A DNA stretch of 64,000 nucleotides from a bacterium. GTDB lineage: Bacteria > Hydrothermota > Tepidihabitantia > Tepidihabitantales > Tepidihabitantaceae. Below the pieces are notes generated by a model that saw only the letters and a program-made list of their open reading frames with translations, was not told the origin of the DNA and searched no databases. Of the stretch, positions 49,744 through 59,375 are shown piece after piece; position 1 is the first letter of the stretch; each line of letters opens with the position of its first letter. The DNA is taken from contig DATJQV010000081.1 in NCBI GenBank assembly GCA_035505375.1, forward strand, positions 151,423 through 215,422. The letters are read 5' to 3'. A program made the position numbers and the translations under genes.

Positions 49744-51260
49744 GGCAGAAGGGGTCAGGGGTCAGGGGTCAGGGGTCAGAAGCTGGAAGTCAGAATAAGC
49801 AGACCGGACTGCGCGGACTTCCGTCGGTGGACAAACTTCTCAGTGACGAGACGCTCGCGCCCGTGCTCGCGCAAGTCCACCGCCGCATGGCGGTGCGGGC
49901 AATCCGAGCCTATCTCGACGAGCTACGGGAGAACCTGAAAGAGCCGCAACACGCAGACGGCAAGCCCCAAGCGTTCTCAATGGCGGAGTTGCTGCGCCGA
50001 CTCGAACGAGAGCGCAAGCCGACGCTGGCGCGCGCCATCAATGGCCTTGGCGTCATTCTGCACACTGGGCTGGGGCGCGCGCCGCTGTCCAAGGCTGCAC
50101 AGGAAGCGCTTACTGACGTGAGCGAGCACTTCTCCAGCCTTGAAATCGACATCGAGACCGGACGGCGCGGCAGCCGCTACCGGCACATCGAACCGCTGCT
50201 GTGCGAACTGACGGGCGCTGAGGCGGCGATGGTCGTCAACAACAACTGCGCGGCTACCTTGCTAATCCTGTCCGGGCTGGCCAAAGGCAAAGAGGCGATT
50301 GTCTCGCGCGGCCAGCTTGTCGAAATCGGCGGCGCGTTCCGAATCCCCGACGTGATGATGCAAAGCGGATGCAAGATGGTCGAGGTCGGCACGACCAATC
50401 GCACTCACCTGCGCGACTACAATAATGCCATCACTCCGGAGACGGCGCTCCTGCTCCGGGTTCACACCTCCAACTACAAGATTACCGGGTTCACCAAGGA
50501 AGTAAGCCTCGAAGAGATGGTAGCTCTCGCCCAAGAGGTCAATCGCTCGCCCCTCGCCCCTCGCCCCTCGCCCCTCCTCGTCGTGGACGACCTCGGTTCA
50601 GGGGCGCTCGTCGACCTTTCGAAGTACGGCCTGCCCAAGGAACCGCTGGTACAGGAATCGGTCAAGGCCGGAGCGGACGTCATCTGCTTCTCCGGGGACA
50701 AACTCATTTCCGCGTCGCAAGCCGGCATCATCGTCGGCAAGAAGAAGCACATCGACCTGCTGAAGAAGCATCCGCTCACCCGGGCCATGCGCTGCGGCAA
50801 GCTCACCTACGCCGTGCTCGAACGGACACTGGAGCTGTTCCTTGACGAGGAACGCGCAGTCAAGGAACATGCGCTCTTCCAGTTACTGCTGAAGACCACG
50901 GACCAGATGCAGGGCGAAGCCGATGAACTCGTGCGCCGGGTTCAGTCTCTTCTCCCTCTCCCTCTCCCTCCGGGAGAGGGTTGGGGTGAGGGCGACAACG
51001 TCGTGGCCAAGTTCACCGTCAGACCTGCTCTTTCCGAAATCGGCGGCGGCTCACTCGCGACCGAGAGCCTCGAATCGCGGGTAGTTGCCATCACGCCGAA
51101 GACGATGCATGTCGACGAGCTGGCCCGTCGCATGCGTCTCAATCGGCCCCCGGTGTTCGGCCGGGTCGAAAAGGGCGAATACCTGCTCGACTTCCGTACC
51201 CTCCGCCGCGACGAAATCCCCATTATCTCTTCCGCGCTCCTCTCCGCTTTCCAGCAGTAG
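49740..51260 (+). CDS. selA: L-seryl-tRNA(Sec) selenium transferase SelA
   Basis: PLP fold with the lysine in FSGDKL. A GTGA overlap with the mcsB stop. The N-terminus and two internal sites contain heptamer or palindromic insertions. Confidence 0.75.
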   Translation: MRQKGSGVRGQGSEAGSQNKQTGLRGLPSVDKLLSDETLAPVLAQVHRRMAVRAIRAYLDELRENLKEPQHADGKPQAFSMAELLRRLERERKPTLARAINGLGVILHTGLGRAPLSKAAQEALTDVSEHFSSLEIDIETGRRGSRYRHIEPLLCELTGAEAAMVVNNNCAATLLILSGLAKGKEAIVSRGQLVEIGGAFRIPDVMMQSGCKMVEVGTTNRTHLRDYNNAITPETALLLRVHTSNYKITGFTKEVSLEEMVALAQEVNRSPLAPRPSPLLVVDDLGSGALVDLSKYGLPKEPLVQESVKAGADVICFSGDKLISASQAGIIVGKKKHIDLLKKHPLTRAMRCGKLTYAVLERTLELFLDEERAVKEHALFQLLLKTTDQMQGEADELVRRVQSLLPLPLPPGEGWGEGDNVVAKFTVRPALSEIGGGSLATESLESRVVAITPKTMHVDELARRMRLNRPPVFGRVEKGEYLLDFRTLRRDEIPIISSALLSAFQQ

Positions 51261-51329
51261 CGCAGGTTTGGGCGCCACGTTGACTGAGGAGAGTGGCGCG
51301 GTACCGTATCCTACCATGAAAGGACAACG

Positions 51330-52499
51330 ATGAAATTCATTGTGATAGGCGCCGGAATGCAGGCGCGGGCAGTGGCCTACGACCTTGTGCGACAGGAAGA
51401 CGTCGACGAGGTGAGAATCTGCGACGTGGATGCGGAGCGGCTGCAGGACCTGAAACGCCGCCTGCGTAGCGCGAAGGTCAAGACGTTCGAAGCCGATGCC
51501 GGTGACAGGCGGCGCATGACGGAATTGATGAGGCCCTGCGATGTGGCGGTGAGTTGCGTCCCGTATTTCTCTAATCTTAACCTGGCGCACGCTGCCATTG
51601 CATCGCGCACGCACTTCTGCGACCTCGGCGGGAACAACGACGTGGTGCATGCGGAGCTTGCGCTGAGCGGGCAGGCGAAGAAGGCCGGCTTGACCGTGGT
51701 GCCCGACTGCGGACTGGCACCGGGTATGGTGAGCATCCTCGCTGCGGACGGGTTCTCGCGCCTGGAACGCACGGATGCCATCCACATCCGAGTGGGCGGG
51801 CTGCCGCGCCATCCCAGGCCTCCGCTCAACTACGCGTTGGTCTTCTCAGCCAATGGGCTAATTAACGAGTACGTCGAGCCGTGCCTGGTTCTGCGGGAAG
51901 GCAGGCTGACGTGGCGCGAGCCGCTGGCTGAAGTCGAGGAACTGGAATTCCCGAAGCCGTTCGGCAAGCTGGAGGCGTTCAATACCTCGGGCGGGACGTC
52001 GACGCTGCCCTACACCTACCGCGGTCGAGTGAAGACGCTCAATTACAAGACGATCAGGTATCCGGGCCACTGCGCCAAGTTCCGGTTGCTCTTCGACCTT
52101 GGTCTCACCGACATGAAGCCGACTAGCGTGGACGGCAAACTCATCGTCCCGCGTCACCTGCTGATTCACCGCCTCGAGGCAGTGCTGCCGTGGGAGAAGG
52201 ATGATGTGGTGCTGCTGAGGGTGGAAGTGAACGGGAAGGGATCAAGGGATCGAGGGATCAAGAGACCGAGTGGCGGAAGGACGATAAGTTACGAACTGAT
52301 TGACTACGCGGATCGGAAGAGCGGACTGACCGCGATGGAGCGAACGACCGGTTTCTCGGCGGCGATTGTCGCGCTGATGCTGGGCCGCGGCCAAGTCGGA
52401 TGCGCCGGGGCGTTCACCGGCGAGAATTGCGTGCCGTCTGCCGCGTACATCAAGGAACTGCGCCGGCGCGGTCTGCGTCTGCGCGTTAGCTTGGACTGA
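51330..52499 (+). CDS. Saccharopine-dehydrogenase-family NAD(P)-binding protein
   Basis: MKFIVIGAGMQARAVAYDL Rossmann N-terminus and a Sacchrp_dh C-terminal domain. An in-frame GGGATCA x3 insert encodes KGSRDRGIK. Confidence 0.7.
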   Translation: MKFIVIGAGMQARAVAYDLVRQEDVDEVRICDVDAERLQDLKRRLRSAKVKTFEADAGDRRRMTELMRPCDVAVSCVPYFSNLNLAHAAIASRTHFCDLGGNNDVVHAELALSGQAKKAGLTVVPDCGLAPGMVSILAADGFSRLERTDAIHIRVGGLPRHPRPPLNYALVFSANGLINEYVEPCLVLREGRLTWREPLAEVEELEFPKPFGKLEAFNTSGGTSTLPYTYRGRVKTLNYKTIRYPGHCAKFRLLFDLGLTDMKPTSVDGKLIVPRHLLIHRLEAVLPWEKDDVVLLRVEVNGKGSRDRGIKRPSGGRTISYELIDYADRKSGLTAMERTTGFSAAIVALMLGRGQVGCAGAFTGENCVPSAAYIKELRRRGLRLRVSLD

Positions 52500-52626
52500 C
52501 CGGGCGGCTCCTCACCCCATCCCTCTCCTCCGAGAGGAGAGGGAGAGCGAAGCGAGGGTGAGGAGGTCACAGAATCGGTTCGGCGGGTTTGACTGCCGTC
52601 GGAATCGGGTGTATACTGCTGACTCC

Positions 52627-52875
52627 GTGGCACTCAAAGCAATCTACAAGCCCGAAAACGAGTTGATGGCGAACTCGGTCCGCGACCTGTTCGAAGAGAA
52701 CGGGATTCCGGCGATGATTCGTTCGTTCCAGATGCCGGCCTACGACGGCCTCGCGCGGGTGATGCGTCCGGTCTGGGGCGAGGTGCTGGTAGAGGAGGAG
52801 GACATGGCGCGCGCCAGGGAAATCCTCGACGCTTTTCTTTCCACGGATGCCGGCGATGCCGGCAAGCAGGAGTAG
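52627..52875 (+). CDS. DUF2007-domain small protein
   Basis: About 83 aa. The pattern EANMIRSLLEENGIPA-like motif (ANSVRDLFEENGIP) matches. The start is inferred at GTG 52627. Confidence 0.45.
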   Translation: MALKAIYKPENELMANSVRDLFEENGIPAMIRSFQMPAYDGLARVMRPVWGEVLVEEEDMARAREILDAFLSTDAGDAGKQE

Positions 52876-52958
52876 CCCACCGTTGCGGCACCGGCGCCGC
52901 ACTGACGGATTTACGACTAGCTATTGATGTTTGATTAGTTGAACCGTAGAACGGAGCT

Positions 52959-55694
52959 TTGCACATGAAGTCGGTTTATCGCTTCGGCGGCGGCCGGGCT
53001 GAGGGCTCGGCGCAGATGAAGGACGCGCTCGGCGGCAAGGGCGCAAACCTGGCAGAGATGGTCAATCTCGGACTACCGGTTCCGGCCGGGTTCACGATTT
53101 CCACCGCGGTCTGCGTCCATTACATGAAGAACGGCGACTACCCGACCGACTTCGCCGGCGAGGTCAAGTCAAGCCTTGAGTACATCGAGCAGCAGGCGGG
53201 GCGGAAGTTCGGCGACCCCAAGGCCCCGCTGTTGCTGTCGTGCCGTTCGGGCGCGCGGGCGTCGATGCCCGGGATGATGGAAACCGTGCTGAACATCGGG
53301 TTGTGCGAGCGCACCCTGCCCGGTCTGGCGGCGATGACCGGCGACGAGCGGTTCGCCTATGATGCCTATCGCCGGTTGCTGACGATGTACGCCGACGTCG
53401 TGATGGAGAAGGCCGAGGGCATCGAGCCTAAAGACGGCAAGGGCATCCGGGCCCAGCTTGAGGGGTTGATGCACGCGCTCAAAGAGCGAACCGGGCGGAA
53501 GGGCGACGCTGACTTGACCGCCGAGGACCTGAAGGAGTTGTGCGCCTCATACAAGACGCGCATTGCCGAAACGTTCGGCAGGCCCTTTCCGGAGGATCCT
53601 GCGGAACAACTGTGGGGCAGCATCCAGGCCGTGTTCCGGAGCTGGAACGGCAAGCGCGCCGTGGCCTACCGCCGCATCGAGAACCTGCCCGACGACTGGG
53701 GCACGGCGGTGAACGTGCAGGCGATGGTGTTCGGCAATCTGGGAAATCTGTCCGCGACCGGCGTGGCGTTCACGCGCAACCCGGCGACCGGCGACGCCCG
53801 GTTCTACGGCGAGTGGCTGCGCAACGCACAGGGCGAGGACGTGGTGGCCGGCATCCGCACGCCGAACCCGCTGAATGCAGCCAGTCGCAACGTCCAGAAT
53901 GAGACAATGGAGAGCCTCGAGGAAGCGATGCCCGGGCTCTACACGGAGCTGAAAGAGTACCGCGACCGGATGGAGAAGCACTTCCGCGACATGCAGGACA
54001 TTGAGTTCACCATCGAGAACGGCAAGCTCTACATGTTGCAGACCCGCACCGGCAAGCGCACCGGCGTCGCCGCCATCAACATCGCGATGGAAATGCTGGA
54101 CGAAGGGCTGATCGAAGAGCGAACCGCGCTGTTGCGCGTCCAGCCCGTTCAGTTGGAAGAACTGCTGCATCCGATACTCGACCCGGCCGCCGAGAAGGAC
54201 GCAACGCTGCTAGGCGAAGGCCTGCCGGCGGGTCCGGGCGGCGCAACCGGTCGCATAGTATTCACTGCGGCCGATGCGATAGCCAGGTCACGGGGCGAGG
54301 GTGCGGCCCCGGTCATACTCGTGCGTGAGGAGACCTCGCCCGAGGACATCGACGGCATGCGGTCCGCGGCCGGCATCCTGACCGCGCGCGGGGGGATGAC
54401 TTCGCACGCGGCGCTGGTGGCGCGCGGGTGGGGCAAGTGCTGCATCGTCGGCGCAAAGGATACCACGGTCGATGCGGTGGCAAAGGAGCTTACGATCCGT
54501 GGCCGCGTATTCTCCGAAGGCGATTGGCTGACATTGAACGGGACCAGGGGACGCGTGTACGCGGGCAAGGTGGCGACGATGGACGCGACCGAGCAGCCGC
54601 GGTTCCAGCAGTTCATGGAGCTGGCCGACAAGTACCGCAAGATGGTCGTCCGCACGAACGCCGAGACGCCGGCCGACGCGGCGCTGGCGCGACGGTTGGG
54701 GGCCGGCGGCATCGGGCTGTTCCGTACCGAGCACATGTTCTACGGCAAGGGCAGCGACGTGCCGCTGTTCCTGCTGCGCAAGATGATTCTGTCGAAGACG
54801 ACCGAGGAGCGGCGGGCCGCACTCAACGAGCTGTTCGTCCACGTCAAGGCCGCGGTGAAGGGAACGCTCGAAGCGATGGACGGCTTGCCCGTGACCATTC
54901 GGCTGCTCGACCCACCCCTGCACGAGTTCGTGCCCAAGGCGGAAGACAAACAGGCGGCACTGGCCAAGTCGCTGGGCGTGACCGTTGATGACGTGCGCAA
55001 GCGCGGCGAGGACCTGCACGAGTCGAACCCGATGATGGGACACCGCGGCGTGCGCCTCGGGATTACCTACCCCGAGGTTACCGAGATGCAGGCGCGGGCG
55101 ATATTCGAGGCGACCGCCGAACTGCTGGCCGAGAAGAAACAGCCCGAGCCTGAGATAATGGTGCCGGTGACCTGTGAGGCAAAGGAGCTCGAGGACCAGA
55201 ACGCAATCATCGCGCGCGTGCACGACGGAGTCTGCCGTAAGCTGGGCAGAGAACGGATACCGCACATGGTCGGCACGATGATCGAGATACCCCGCGCGGC
55301 CCTGCTGGCCGACGAGATGGCGCACGCGGCCGAGTTCTTCTCGTTCGGAACCAACGACCTGACCCAGATGACCTTCGGTTTCAGCCGCGACGACGTCGCC
55401 TCGTTTCTGCCGCTGTACCTCGAGAGACGGCTGCTCAAGGAAGACCCGTTCCAGACCATCGACCAGGCGTCGGTCGGCGCGCTCATCCAAATCGGCGTCA
55501 AGAAAGGCCGCGCGGCCCGGCCCGGCCTGAAGGTCGGCATCTGCGGCGAGCACGGCGGCGACCCCGAGTCAGTGAAGTTCTGCTATCGCGTCGGGATGGA
55601 CTACGTGAGTTGCTCGCCGTTCCGCGTGCCGATCGCGCGGCTGGCAGCGGCCCAGGCCGCGATTGAAGGGGAGGCTGCGACGGGCAGCAAGTAA
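52959..55694 (+). CDS. ppdK: Pyruvate, phosphate dikinase
   Basis: 911 aa. ATP-grasp N-terminus, the phospho-His domain (GGMTSHAALVARGWG) and the PEP-utilising TIM barrel. Confidence 0.9.
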   Translation: MHMKSVYRFGGGRAEGSAQMKDALGGKGANLAEMVNLGLPVPAGFTISTAVCVHYMKNGDYPTDFAGEVKSSLEYIEQQAGRKFGDPKAPLLLSCRSGARASMPGMMETVLNIGLCERTLPGLAAMTGDERFAYDAYRRLLTMYADVVMEKAEGIEPKDGKGIRAQLEGLMHALKERTGRKGDADLTAEDLKELCASYKTRIAETFGRPFPEDPAEQLWGSIQAVFRSWNGKRAVAYRRIENLPDDWGTAVNVQAMVFGNLGNLSATGVAFTRNPATGDARFYGEWLRNAQGEDVVAGIRTPNPLNAASRNVQNETMESLEEAMPGLYTELKEYRDRMEKHFRDMQDIEFTIENGKLYMLQTRTGKRTGVAAINIAMEMLDEGLIEERTALLRVQPVQLEELLHPILDPAAEKDATLLGEGLPAGPGGATGRIVFTAADAIARSRGEGAAPVILVREETSPEDIDGMRSAAGILTARGGMTSHAALVARGWGKCCIVGAKDTTVDAVAKELTIRGRVFSEGDWLTLNGTRGRVYAGKVATMDATEQPRFQQFMELADKYRKMVVRTNAETPADAALARRLGAGGIGLFRTEHMFYGKGSDVPLFLLRKMILSKTTEERRAALNELFVHVKAAVKGTLEAMDGLPVTIRLLDPPLHEFVPKAEDKQAALAKSLGVTVDDVRKRGEDLHESNPMMGHRGVRLGITYPEVTEMQARAIFEATAELLAEKKQPEPEIMVPVTCEAKELEDQNAIIARVHDGVCRKLGRERIPHMVGTMIEIPRAALLADEMAHAAEFFSFGTNDLTQMTFGFSRDDVASFLPLYLERRLLKEDPFQTIDQASVGALIQIGVKKGRAARPGLKVGICGEHGGDPESVKFCYRVGMDYVSCSPFRVPIARLAAAQAAIEGEAATGSK

Positions 55695-55706
55695 CGGAGG
55701 CGAGAC

Positions 55707-57362
55707 ATGGACGGCGAACTGCAGAAGCAGCTTGATGGGGTTCTAGACCGGCATCCTGAAGTCAAGGTCAACCCGGACCGCCGGACGATGATCGCGGAGG
55801 TGGTGGCGCGGCGCGAGGCGATGGTCGCGGCGTGCGGCTGTCTTGCGACCTGGACCCCGCCCGAATCGACCGGGCGCAGCCCGCAGGACACCGTCATCGT
55901 GCGCCGGTCTGAGTCTGAGAGGAACATCGACTGGGACGCGCCGAACAACCTGCCTATTGCCCCGGACACGTTCGACATGGTCATAGCGGACGCGCTGGCC
56001 GTGCTCGCGAAGAAGCCGCGGCTGTACGTTGCGGACAGGTCGCTCGGGGCCGACCCGAGCCACGCGCTGCCGGTCAGGGTCGTTTCCGACCGGGCGCTGA
56101 CGGTCCTCTTCGCTGACAACATGTTCCGGCCGGTGCCGGCCGACATCGGCAAGTCGTGCTTTGCCTCACGCCCCTACACGCTCATCGTGCTCCCATACGA
56201 AAAGCTCGACCCGGCCCGCTACAGCGGTCGGCTGCGGAAGATGCCGAAGACCGCTAAGACGTCAGACATGGTCATCGCGATGGACATGGACCGGCGCATC
56301 GGAGTTGTCTACGGTTCGGCCTACTGCGGCAGCGTCAAGAAGCACATGTTCACCGTGATGAACTACCTGCTGCCGCTCGACGGTATCCTGTCGCTCCACT
56401 GCTCGGCCAATGAAGGGAAGAACGGTGACGTGGCCCTGCTGCTCGGGCTGTCCGGCACGGGGAAGACCACGCTCTCGGCCGACCCGCGCCGTGCCCTGCT
56501 CGGCGACGATGAGCACTCATGGGGCGATTCGGGTGTTGCCAACTTCGAGAACGGCTGCTATGCCAAGCTCATTAACCTGAGCCCGGTCAAGGAGCCGGAT
56601 ATCTACAAGGCCTGCTTCCACGAAGCGCCTTACCTTGAGCACGGGGCGATTGTCGAGAACGCGATGACCTACCCGGACGGAAGGTTCGACCTCGACGATG
56701 AGCGTCTTACGCCAAACTCACGCGGCTCGTATCCGCTGACATTCCTCTCCAACATCAAGACACCGCCGGTCGCAGGGCACCCAAAGACGATTCTCTTCCT
56801 GACCGCGGACGCGAACGGCGTGCTGCCGCCGGTTGCGCGCCTGAGTCGCAACCAGGCCATGCTCTGGTTCCTGATGGGCTACACCTCCAAGCTTGCCGGC
56901 ACTGAGACCGGCATCGTTGACCCGAAGAGCACGTTCTCGCGCTTCTTCGGCGCACCGTTCATGCCCTTGAACCCGGGTGTGTACGCCCGGATGCTCGGTG
57001 AGAAGCTGGACAAGCACGGCACCAAGGTGTACCTCGTCAACACCGGCTGGAGCGGCGGAGCGTACGGCGTGGGAAAACGGATGGATATCAGCCTGACTCG
57101 GGAAATCGTCGAGTCGGCGCTCAACGGTTCACTTGCCAGTGTCGAGTGCTTCACCGACCCCATTTTTCACCTCGACATTCCGAAGAGCTGCCCGGGCGTG
57201 CCCGACCCGGCCGTGCTCAACCCGCGCAACACCTGGCAGGACAAAGCCGCCTACGACGTGCGAGCGAAGAAGCTCGCGGCAGAGTTCTGTTCCCAGTTCG
57301 ATAAAGCGTATGGTGGAAAGGGAATCGAGGCCGAAGTCGTGCGGCAGTGCCCGGGGAAGTAG
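55707..57362 (+). CDS. pckA: Phosphoenolpyruvate carboxykinase (ATP)
   Basis: 551 aa. GLSGTGKTTLS kinase-1a motif and the PEPCK-ATP signature region. Confidence 0.9.
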   Translation: MDGELQKQLDGVLDRHPEVKVNPDRRTMIAEVVARREAMVAACGCLATWTPPESTGRSPQDTVIVRRSESERNIDWDAPNNLPIAPDTFDMVIADALAVLAKKPRLYVADRSLGADPSHALPVRVVSDRALTVLFADNMFRPVPADIGKSCFASRPYTLIVLPYEKLDPARYSGRLRKMPKTAKTSDMVIAMDMDRRIGVVYGSAYCGSVKKHMFTVMNYLLPLDGILSLHCSANEGKNGDVALLLGLSGTGKTTLSADPRRALLGDDEHSWGDSGVANFENGCYAKLINLSPVKEPDIYKACFHEAPYLEHGAIVENAMTYPDGRFDLDDERLTPNSRGSYPLTFLSNIKTPPVAGHPKTILFLTADANGVLPPVARLSRNQAMLWFLMGYTSKLAGTETGIVDPKSTFSRFFGAPFMPLNPGVYARMLGEKLDKHGTKVYLVNTGWSGGAYGVGKRMDISLTREIVESALNGSLASVECFTDPIFHLDIPKSCPGVPDPAVLNPRNTWQDKAAYDVRAKKLAAEFCSQFDKAYGGKGIEAEVVRQCPGK

Positions 57363-57410
57363 GATTGGGGCTAGGGGTTAGGGAATAGGGGTTAGAGAGG
57401 ACACGGGAGG

Positions 57411-57791
57411 ATGAAGGGTCCCATTCGGAGCTACAAGGACCTCGTGGTCTGGCAAGAGGCTATCACCTTGGTCGAGCTGACATATGGACTCGCGCGGGAA
57501 TTGCCTGCAAGTGAGAGGTTCGGACTAATATCCCAGATGACGAGAGCCGCCGTATCGGTGCAGGCTAACATTGCCGAAGGCCATGGTTCCCGACACCGGG
57601 CCGTCTATCTGAATCACCTGTCCATCAGCAAGGGTTCGTTGGTCGAACTAGAGACGTACATTATCCTGGTCGTGAAGCTGGGTTTCGTGAAGCCGGACCG
57701 CACCGCAAAGATCCAGGGCAAGATTGATGATGTCGGGAGGCTGTTGAGCGCTCTTGTGCGAGCGCTCCGCGTCTCCGTCGACCGTTCCTGA
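57411..57791 (+). CDS. Four-helix-bundle protein (PF05635 family), copy 3
   Basis: YKDLVVWQEAITLVELTYGLAR...QMTRAAVSVQANIAEGHGS...LSISKGSLVELETY. Confidence 0.7.
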   Translation: MKGPIRSYKDLVVWQEAITLVELTYGLARELPASERFGLISQMTRAAVSVQANIAEGHGSRHRAVYLNHLSISKGSLVELETYIILVVKLGFVKPDRTAKIQGKIDDVGRLLSALVRALRVSVDRS

Positions 57792-57800
57792 CCCTAGTCC

Positions 57801-58625
57801 CTAACCCCTAATCCCTAGTCCCTTACCCGCTCGCCTCTTGGGCGAGAAGAGCAGGCACAGCCCGAACAACGCGCTCGACGTTACTATGATGACCGCGCCC
57901 GCCGGGGCGTCAGTCAACCACGAGACGAGTAGTCCAATCAGGCACGACAGAATCCCAAACAACGCCGAAAGCAAGTACATGGTCCTCAGCCGATAGGTCA
58001 ACTGGTACGCTGCTGACGGTGGGTTGACGATGAGGCTGAAGATGAGGAGCCCGCCGATGGTGCTCAAGTTGGCGGTTACCGACAGGCCGCACAAGACCAG
58101 CATTGCGAAGAAGAGCGCTCGCTCGGGTATCCCGACCGCGCGGGCGATTTCCCGGTTGTAGAGCACGGCCTGGATTTCCTTGTAGAACAGCCAGAGAAAC
58201 AGCAGCACCACTACTGCCGCGCCGGCCATCACCGCGAGGTCGCGCCCGGCCACGAGCAGGATGCTGCCCCATATCAGGCCGAGAGCGTTGGCGCGTGAGC
58301 CGCGCATCAGGCCGATGGCAAGAAAGGCGAGGCCGAGCACGAGCGAGAAGATGATGCCAAGCGAGACATTGGGTTCGATGTCAGCGCGCTCGGCAACCGG
58401 GCCGACGAGGAACGACGCGGCGATGCAGAAGACCGCGGCGGTAATGAGCGGGTTTACTCCGAGCAGCAGTCCGGTTACCGCACCGGCAAAGGCCGCGTGC
58501 GACATCGCCACCCCGACAAATGGTATGTTCATCATCACGACCCAGACCCCGACGATGCCGCAGACCAGCCCTCCGAGAACTGCGGCAGCAAGCGGCCGCC
58601 AGAGTATGGCGAGTTCAGGCGGCAT
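57801..58625 (-). CDS. znuB: ABC-3 family metal (Zn/Mn/Ni) transporter permease
   Basis: 274 aa with 8-9 TM helices. Confidence 0.75.
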   Translation of the reverse strand: MPPELAILWRPLAAAVLGGLVCGIVGVWVVMMNIPFVGVAMSHAAFAGAVTGLLLGVNPLITAAVFCIAASFLVGPVAERADIEPNVSLGIIFSLVLGLAFLAIGLMRGSRANALGLIWGSILLVAGRDLAVMAGAAVVVLLFLWLFYKEIQAVLYNREIARAVGIPERALFFAMLVLCGLSVTANLSTIGGLLIFSLIVNPPSAAYQLTYRLRTMYLLSALFGILSCLIGLLVSWLTDAPAGAVIIVTSSALFGLCLLFSPKRRAGKGLGIRG

Positions 58626-59349
58626 CGGCGAAGAGTTCGGCTATCAGGAGCTTGTCGTCGAGCGCGGCGCGGCCCCCAGAGCAGGTGACGCGGCCGTTCT
58701 TGACCATGACGATTCGGTTCGCGACTGGCGGCAGATGGTCAAGTTGGTGCGTCACCATCACCACGGTCAGGTGGAAGCGTTGAAAGGCGTCGACCACCAG
58801 CTCGCCGAATTCACTTACTGCCCGCGGGTCGAGGTTCGACGTCGGCTCATCGAGCAGCAGCAGTTCCGGCTCCTGCACCAGGGCGCGGGCGAGTGATATC
58901 TTGCGCGCCTCTCCACCCGAGACCCGACCAACCGGGCGCTCGGCCAAGTGTGCCGTCCGCGTTAGTTCCATCATCGCCAATGCGCGCTCTCGGTCGGCCG
59001 GCGTCAACCGGTGTAAGAGGCCGGCGCGACCACAACGGCCAACCAACACGGCATCAAGGCAGGAGATTGGCGCACGCGGGTCCACCCGTTCCTGCTGCGC
59101 CACGTAACCGATGCGACGGCGCAGCCGGCCGAAGTTCGCGCGGGTGGCGAGTTCGCCAAGGATGCTGACCGAGCCCGAGTGAATTCGAGCAAGGCCGTTG
59201 ATGACGGTGAGAAGAGTCGTCTTGCCGGCACCGTTTGGGCCGATGATGCCGCAGAAGTCGCCGCGCCCGATGTCGAGCGAAACGTCACGCAGAGCGACGT
59301 GCTCGCGATAGCCGACCGTGACCGAGCGGAGCGAAACCGCCTCAGTCAC
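58615..59349 (-). CDS. znuC: Metal ABC transporter ATP-binding protein
   Basis: GPNGAGKTT, LSGGE and LLLDEPTSNLD. Confidence 0.8.
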   Translation of the reverse strand: MTEAVSLRSVTVGYREHVALRDVSLDIGRGDFCGIIGPNGAGKTTLLTVINGLARIHSGSVSILGELATRANFGRLRRRIGYVAQQERVDPRAPISCLDAVLVGRCGRAGLLHRLTPADRERALAMMELTRTAHLAERPVGRVSGGEARKISLARALVQEPELLLLDEPTSNLDPRAVSEFGELVVDAFQRFHLTVVMVTHQLDHLPPVANRIVMVKNGRVTCSGGRAALDDKLLIAELFADAA

Positions 59350-59375
59350 TCGTTCCTCGCCCTGACCCCTGGCCC

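Noticed and set aside
49745-49775. The GGGGTCA x4 tract considered as a telomere-like or G-quadruplex regulatory element
   Set aside because: It is one member of a large heptamer-repeat family spread through coding and non-coding DNA here. Nothing in the window marks this copy as special.
54288-55553. 421-aa minus-strand ORF, with 53547-54170 and 54149-54736
   Set aside because: Antisense to the unambiguous ppdK gene. Arg/His/Gly-rich, typical of high-GC antisense frames.
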